Assembly: GCF_964204645.1 (NCBI RefSeq)
Contig: NC_134032.1
Coordinates: forward strand, 248,001 to 312,000
DNA from: Tubulanus polymorphus
Lineage: Eukaryota > Animalia > Nemertea
Reading direction: 5' to 3'
Length of the DNA stretch: 64,000 nucleotides
Below the pieces are notes generated by a model, which was given only the letters and a program-made list of their open reading frames with translations, made no database searches and was not told where the DNA came from. Shown here one piece after another: positions 52,693-61,600 of the stretch (the stretch's first letter is position 1; each line of letters starts with the position of its first letter). Made by a program: the position numbers and the translations under genes.

Positions 52693-55600
52693 TTTGAAAC
52701 TGATGAAACGTTGTTGTTTTATGTTTAGAATGTTTGAACGGCGATGAAGAAGATGAACCGATTATTTTACCGGCGACATTAGCTGCGTCTATTCACATCG
52801 ACTCGATGAGTATCCCTAGTAGAGTACCGATTATACAGATGTGCATTACTATAGATCGTCTATACCTACAGCTTTATCATCATTTCAACAACTCTCACCG
52901 AGGTGAGAAATATCGCTGATAAGTTTCCCCATGGCTCGGGCTCATCCTAGGGCATAGCTATCAGGTTAGCCATGTCTTTAAGGCCTTCTGATGATCTCTT
53001 CACCGGTGTTGTGAGTAAAGCCTAGCGCACATCGACACTGCGATCGGAGACAACTAGTTGCTACCGAACGATTACCCCGCGCACATCGAAATCTAGTTAC
53101 AACCGGTCAGTTGCAGCAACTGCATGGCGCGTGTCGATCGTCGAAATCCAGAGCGCGCACATCGACGGATATGACTGCGATTGAGTACAACCAGTTGCTC
53201 AAAAGTAGAACATGGGCAACTGGCTGGAACTGGAGATAGATCAACGCTTACCAATCATAAGCTCGCTCACATCGACACATTCAAGCAACTGATCGTATCC
53301 AGCCAGTTCCTCTCATGCGCCGAAAACTGCCTTGCAACTAGTTGTCTCCAATCGCACTGTCGATGTGCGCTAGGCTTTAGGCTTCTAAGACCCGCGATAT
53401 GAATTTGAGCAGAGACTACTGTAGGCCATTTCATAAAAGATGGCTGCCTTCATAGAAATTTGATGTCATAGAAATCACACAGTTTCCTGTTCTATGTCTT
53501 ACGTATTTGACAATAACTCTCGTCACGGTAAGAAATATCACCACGCCCAGGAAATAGCAAGTTTGAAATCAGGGAATAGTCAGGGAAGTATGTTGAGTGC
53601 GTGTAAAATCACACGGTTTCCATCTATGTCCTACGTATTTAACTGTGTTAATTGATTGGATACTCAGCTGATCAAGTCAGGGATAACAACCGTAGAATGA
53701 TGAAATAGGGGGATTTAATGGAACTAGCCGTCTTGCTTATCATAAATTTGTTGAGGTCATAAGTGAATTTAATGGGAACAACAAACGGTATCATTACAAA
53801 TTACATGATGCCAAAGGGGGAATTATTGAGGCAGCCATCTCTACTGGAAAGTTCTATATCTTTGATGTCATAGCATCTATAGGTAAAATCACTAGTAGAC
53901 AATTTGATGATGTCATAGGGAGATGCAGTAGGCAGTCATCTTTTCTGACAAGTTTATCAATGGAATCACTAGTGAACAGTTTGCTGATATCATAGCAAGA
54001 TTTATGGAGGCAGACATCTTGCTAGAAGTGTCTGTAGAATTCACTCAGGACCATTAGAATAATTTGGTCCACGGTGGATATATTTGAAATGCCAATCAAT
54101 GGTTATCTTTGTCATTGTAGAAACACCGAAATGTCTGCAGCCATTTTCATTATCATACTCACATCCCGAGGAACAGGAATATATGACTGTCACGCTGGAT
54201 GACGTGCAAATAGCTGTGTCACATTTATACAAGCAATCTTCAACTATTCAGGTATTCATTAGTGATGATAATTGCATTGACTTGAACTCTGACAACTGTA
54301 GAACTGGATCCAGTTTGACAGTTGTGAGTTAAGAATTAACTCTGAACTCAGAATCCAGTTCTGCAATGGGTCAAACCTGAACTGGATCCTGGATTCTGAA
54401 TTATCTACTATTTAAAAACTTATATAGCGCTAAAGGCTCTAAGATGCGTTATAATACAAAATAAGATTAGGCAGTAAAAAACTAGTAATAGAACTGTTAC
54501 CGGTAGGTAAAATTCCATCTGAGAAATGAGTCCTCAAAGCACATTCAAAAGCATGTAATGAGCTGGCCTGCTGGATCCAGTTCTACGCTTCGCGAGTCAG
54601 AATTAGTTCATCTGCGTTAGACATTAACTCGCTTAGAAATCAGGGCATTTGACAAATTCTACCAATAACCGATGCTATCGACCATTTGTTTCTTTATCAC
54701 TACTTGTACATGATTGAAAAAAGTGAATGTATTGAAACATTTTAAACCTAGAAATTTCTCTGATTCCTGTGTTGTTGTAAAACAGAAAAATCAGGGAAAT
54801 AACTGTGGAACTGACCCGCTGTAGATAGTTAGTAATCATTCTGGTTGAAACGCGATTGTTAATTCTTCAACACCTTTTATTACGTTGTAGTTGAGCTCGT
54901 CGGTGCAGTGTGAACTGTTGGAATATCAGTTCCTGACGAAACAACCGTTTATAGAACCATGCGATTTGAAATTACAGCTACACCATCAACAAGAACTACA
55001 GGTGAGCGATCCCTTTTACTGGTATTACTTTACTTTGCCAGTACCTGCAGAGAAGCGACTAGTACCGAACTATAGAACTAGATGGTCTTAGACCGGTTAA
55101 GCCATGACTTTGAATCCATCCCTGGAATCCATCTTCTGAATGTGTCTTCTATTTCATAAAAAAGTCTTAACCCTTTCAGTGCTGACTAATCAATACCCTA
55201 TAGTGCTGGAGATAATTTGAAAATTTTGAAAAATTCCACCCTAGTGTGCTGAATAACGGGAATACCACTATAGTGGGTCTACACCGCGGTGCAGTGTATC
55301 ATCAGTTACTAGTATTTCAATGTTTGACAGCTGCCATCTTTCAAGAGAGATAATTACTGATTACATCAATACACCGCGGTGCGGAGTATTGGCAAAAACT
55401 ATCACTGATTTATACACCGCAATGAAAGGGTTGATTTCCGATGGGGACTTGTTTTGTGCAGCGCATCTGGGTCTGTTAAGGACAATAAACTGGAAATGTT
55501 GTCGACATTTCTCGTTTCAGAATCAGCGGCTTAATTGTGGAATCGAGATGAATCCTTTGTTCGCACGAATCAGCCAGTCGACCGTCAACACACTTGCCAT

Positions 55601-58600
55601 CGCCGCAGATATTTGGTCGCAGACGCTACAAGCGCCATCTGGTGACTCGTCTGCGCGACCGCCGCTCGTGTGTCATTATTTGATTTGTAACGATACGCAG
55701 GACATTCTACGCATTGGACAGGTGAGAGTAAAACACGGATAAGACTGAGTCCGTGTTGTAAAGATGATATAAAATCCCTGCACACTAAGAATAAAAAGAG
55801 TCTGAAATGTTTCCTTGAGCTAGTGTAGTTTATTCAACGTTTCCACTATATCCTAATAGTCATCTTCAGGAATACTGATGTTGTCGTCATTATAACCATT
55901 GATGAAACACTGAGTCCGTGTTGTAAAGATAATATAAAATCCCTGCACACTAAGAATAAAAAGAGTCTGAAATGTTTCCTTGAGCTAGTGTAGTTTATTC
56001 AACGTTTCCACTATATCCTAATAGTCATCTTCAGGAATACTGATGTTGTCCTCATTATAACCATTGATGAAACACTCTGAGTCTGTGTTGTAAATATAAT
56101 ATAAAATCCCTGCACACTAAGAATAAAAAGAGTCTGAAATGTTTCCTTGAGCTAGTGTAGTTTATTCAACGTTTCGACTATATCCTAATAGTCATCTTCA
56201 GGAATACTGTATTCCTTGAGCTAGTGTAGTTTATTCAACGTTTCGACTATATCCTAATAGTCATCTTCAGGAATACTGTATTCCTTGAGCTAGTGTAGTT
56301 TATTCAACGTTTCCACTATATCCTAATAGTCATCTTCAGGAATACTGATGTTGTCCTCATTATAACAATTGATGAAACACTCTGAGTCCGTGTTGTAAAG
56401 ATAATATAAAATCCCTGCACACTAAGAATAAAAAGGGTCTGAAATGTTTCCTTGAGCTAGTGTAGTTTATTCAACGTTTCCACTATATCCTAATAGTCAT
56501 CTTCAGGAATACTGATGTTGTCCTCATTATAACCATTGATGAAACACTCTGAGTCCGTGTTTGTAAAGATAATATAAAATCCGTGCACACTAAGAATAAA
56601 AAGAGTCTGAAATGTTTCCTTGAGCTAGTGTAGTTTATTCAACGTTTCGACTATATCCTAATAGTCATCTTCAGGAATACTGATGTTGTCCTCATTATAA
56701 CCATTGATGAAACACTCTGAGTCCGTGTTGTAAAGATAATATAAAATCCCTGCACACTAAGAATAAAAAGAGTCTGAAATGTTTCCATGAGCTAGTGTAG
56801 TTTATTCAACGTTTCGACTATATCCTAATAGTCATCTTCAGGAATACTGATGTTTTCTGAGATATACGTGCGTATACAATCCAGAAAAGAGACTTATCAT
56901 GTAATAAGATGTGATTTAAACTAGGGAGTGATTGATATACAGTATAAGATAGGGTTATTTATAGCATGTCATTTTATAAATATCATTCTCAAATAGATAC
57001 ATACGTAAAGCTATCAGTGTTTAAAATGTTATTGAGATTGTTCTAATATCGTTTTGTTTGTTTGCAGGTCGACACGGATGAAAGTTTAATCGTTCAAAGT
57101 CGAGAAGCGTTACCGTACTCCTGGCGCTCGCATAAACTCAAACCTGTGCGTACATGTCGTAATTACTGTTCATTCAGTTCATGTTCAGCGGGTTGACGCG
57201 AACAAGACACCTCAAATCTGCTAGTAATACCCTGAGTGGAGCTCAGCGGCTTGAGGCGAACAAGACACCTCAAATCTGCTAGTAATACCATGAGTGGAGC
57301 TCAGCGGGTTGAGGCGAACAAGACACCTCAAATCTGCTAGTAATACCATGAGTGGAGCTCAGCGGGTTGAGTGGAACCCGCTAATGAATACCCTGTTGAG
57401 TGGTGTTCAGTGCATTGAGATAAAAAAGAATTGTAGGCAATTGATGATGTCATAAGGGGATATTCTTGAGAGGAATCTCTTGAAAGGTTGAATCAGTTGT
57501 AGCTCACAATATCTGTGATAAAACCGTGATAGTAAAAATCCCAGAATAAATGAATTAATCACTAAAAAGTTTGCTAAGATACTAGAAATATTTCAGGTGG
57601 TTACTACCAGCCTTCTTCAGTCTAAAATGACTTGCCTCTTAAAAGGTTCTTTAAGGCAAATTTTTTCCCCCAATGAAATGTGATAATTTCCTATTTTTTT
57701 GCACAGTTATTTAACATCACGCTCGCCGGTAAAGGTTGGAGCCGTAGTCGGCCGATAGGGTTGCGTCGCGCGGAATGCGTCGTCAAGATTCACAATCATC
57801 TAACCGATGAAACCATCCATCTTTATATTCGAATCAAACAGTTGACGAACATCGTTAAACAGGTAATTAACGAGACGCGCTAATTGCATATGTAATAGGG
57901 ACAAAAATACCACGACCAGACGAACGAATAGATGGTTTGTTTTATACATTTTAACTGATGAGGCTGAAGTGACTGGTGAAATCGATCGTACTAGGGCCAG
58001 TTACTCAAACATTGGTTAGAAATAAACGACAGATAATTCATCATCATCAGGTTTTTGGAGCGATAGTTTTACTTTGCACCTAGGCAATCCTTAGAGGATG
58101 GGCGTTTAATGCTGTAGTTACAACAAACTTACCACTGGTTAACTCTAACCAACTTTTTGGTAACTGCAGCCCCTGATATATATCATAGTAACAATGAACT
58201 TTTAATTGTCGCTATGTCAACTATACACTGGTTAACTCAAACCGACTTTTCAATAACTGGTCCTGAATGATGTATACTATCTTTCAATGAGGAGTTTTGT
58301 TTTAGTTGTGATGCTGCTGTGTGGGTTTATCGTTTTTGACCATTATAGATATAAAGGGGATAGAAATACACGACTACGAGATGAATTTATCATCGTTGTC
58401 TATTCCAGGTGATAATCTGCGGTACGGTGATCGTGTCCAGTCGTCTGTCTCAACACCTCGAGGCGAAACTCGTCAAAACCGACGACGACACCACCGCTAC
58501 GCAGTTGCTAGGCGACGAGCAGACGCTTCCGTCGTACAACGTCGACGCGACGAACGCGAAGGGGGTCAAGTTCAAGGCGATGGGTACGAAAGCCGGTTGG

Positions 58601-61600
58601 TCGGATACGTTGCCGTTCGATCGGACGGGAAGTCACATGGTACAGATCCCAACGTCGGTCGGTTTCATGTACGTTTGGTGCACGGTGTTCATCAAACAAT
58701 TCAAAGATGCAACGATAAACATTGTAAGTATATGAAAATAGTTTAAACTCTGGGCCCAGTTTCACAAAAAGGATTAAGGCCTAAATCGATTTAAGATAAA
58801 CTGAATTAATGAAGAAATTAAATCGATTTAAGAGTTAAACCCTTTTGTGAAACTGGGCCCTGAAAATAGTTTTACAATGATCTAGACAAGCTCATATTCC
58901 TGTTATATCCATGGGCAGGAATTTGAACCTGATGACGTCGAGACTTGCCACGGTACAAAAAATCTAGAAAAAAATAAGGAAATCTGACAAATTCTACCAA
59001 AAACCTGGAAAACTCAGGGAATTCAGATAATGCTATTGACCACGTGTTTCTTTATCTGTACAATTTACATGATTCATTAAAAGTGAATTTATTAAAACAT
59101 TGGGGATTTGTAAATAGGTGAAAAGTGGCTGTTACCTTGTTTGATAGGCTAATATATATAGAAAATAATTTTAAATTGTTAAAACTGTCTCTATAGATGG
59201 CGCTGTCACCGGTTTACGTGATGAAGTCTCGGTTGCCGATAACGATGTTGATCAATCTGCACACGCCGAGTCTGCAGTCGACTCAGAAATACGTCGCCAG
59301 GGGGCACTGTCAAGAGGACCAGCTTGTAATGGTCGTCGGTGATCTCGATCACAGCATCACTATGCAAATGAGGTAATTACGTAATTATATAAAATTCGGC
59401 GCTACGAAAGAAAAATGACCAGATATGTGTCATTGAGTTGGTAGTTTATTAAAGTGACCATGTCTGGCCATCTTCAACCGTCAAGGGATTCGAACTCACG
59501 AAGCTAAAGCCGTTCCTCGAACCCCTTGACCTCGCAGGCGCAGATCTAGGATTGTTTTCCAGGACGGGGTTCATAACAAATGTTAATGTTAAACTGCCGA
59601 CTAAAATCTCTAATGATAGGGGGCCTATACGGCATATTGTTTGGGCAAAATATAAGATGATATGGTACCGATTAAGTTGTACTGTTGTACTGCATTTGTC
59701 CCAAGTACATTCCTTCAAGAAAACGATTTAAAATATTTTTTGGTAGTTGAGCAGGGGGGTCACGACCCCTGAAACCCCCCTCTGGATCTGCGCCTGCCTC
59801 ACGTGTCGTTAGAGTTATTACTAGCTGACCAGAATCCGGATGCACCAATCACAGCGCTTGTAACAAACCGACAGTAGACTTCAGTTGGTTTTCCCGTTAA
59901 ATGGACCAATTAGCGAACGTTTTACCGAACAAGGAAGTATTTCGCAAATCGATGTATGACGTCATGCGCAACAGCATGGGCTAGGGGGCGCTGGTGGAAG
60001 CGAGTTCGGGCAGCGATACCCGACCCCTGGCAAGCGAGGATGGCGTGTGGCGGGTTTTAAAATGTTTTACCGCTTGTGTTTTCAGGCCCGATTCAGCGGT
60101 ATCAGATCCGCCTTATTCTCTATCACAGGACATCCTTAAACAAACTACGTTAACAAAATTGCAACTGATCGACGACATCGATGCCCTCTGCTATAACTGG
60201 AATAACAACAAGGAGAAGTAAGTAAGATTTAAACTGATTGAAGTTTGGCAAAATTGGGTCGGGTTTCATGAAAGAGTTTAAGCTTAAAACGGTTTTAAGT
60301 TTTAATTGTTGTCCTCATTGAAATGCAAAAACCAAAAAAATATCTTACTTCAATACAGTCAGATAATTTCATCGGCTATATTTCGTTCAGAACCCTAGAC
60401 CATGGTTTCCGATCGAAAGGCTAATCTTGAAGAACTTGTCACATCTCAAAAAGGCACTTTGATTTGTAAAAAGATATTAAAGAGAGGCGCAGTGGACGAG
60501 CGGTCACTCACTGGCCGCCAGTCACAGGTCTCGTCAATCATGGGTTTATGGGTTCAAACCTTAGTGGCGACATAGTTTCTTGGTCGAAGGTTCTTCTCTG
60601 GTCTCTCCCCCATTGGGAAAAAGGAACATCGAATCCACTAATGATGCACTGCGTGACACTTAGCAGGTTGAGGGAATTGAAAAAAAAATGTCCAAAAAGT
60701 CAGTATTAAGCGTACTTCCGCATTGAGCTTACAAAACCATTCTATGCTGTTTTATGGTGACATACCTCGTCACTTTCAACAGGACCTCGAACCGTACACC
60801 CCCAGCAGTTCTCTGATGACAATATTTATCTCTTGTGAGAGGATCTGAACTAGTCACGTTGCAAAAGGATCTTTGACCCTCAAAAAGGCAATATTAAGTA
60901 TACTCCTGTGCTGAATGTTATGCTGTGCTGAATGTTATGGATCACTCAAAGAATTTAATTGGCTTGTCTCACAATTGACCCTGAATCTCCACCCCCTCCC
61001 CCAATTCTCCCTGAATTTGGATTATAAAGTGTGTTTGTCTTTAGGTGTCACCCGGAGACGCAATTACAGTATAACCCAGACGACGAAGTCGACCACGCCG
61101 AGCTCGACCTTCAAGTGACCTTCGTGCAGCAGTGGCCGGGATTCAAAACGATTTGTCTCGACATCGCCCCCTGGTGTTTGATTCATAACAAAATGCGCAC
61201 GGATATCTACATACAGACCGATGAGAAGCAGTGGAAGATCCAGTGCGGGCAGACGTGGGCGCCGCCGAAAACAGTCGTACGTACTGCCCTACAAATAGGG
61301 TTACCCGCAGTATCAGGAAATCACCAATTAACCCTTTCGGTGCTGACTAATTTATATCCTTAAGTGCTGGAGATTATTTGAAAATGTTTGAAAAATTCCA
61401 GCCCATTGCATCAAATAACAGGCATCAGCTAAAATGCGTCTACATCGCGGTGCGGTGCATTGTTAGTTATTTATTTCTAGTTATTTATTGTTACTTATTT
61501 CTAACTGTGTTTGACAGGTGCTGCCATCTTTCATGAGAGATGAAAACGTTTATGAATTACATCAATCCACCGCAGTGCAGTGTACTAGCCTAGTCATCAC

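Noticed and set aside
57955-57990. CTGATGAGGC...GAAATCGATC hammerhead-like string on the + strand
   Set aside because: Stems I and II do not pair convincingly
60391-60840. Possible extra exons after acceptors at 60390 and 60782
   Set aside because: In-frame stops or no usable donor; exons 37 and 38 already join in frame
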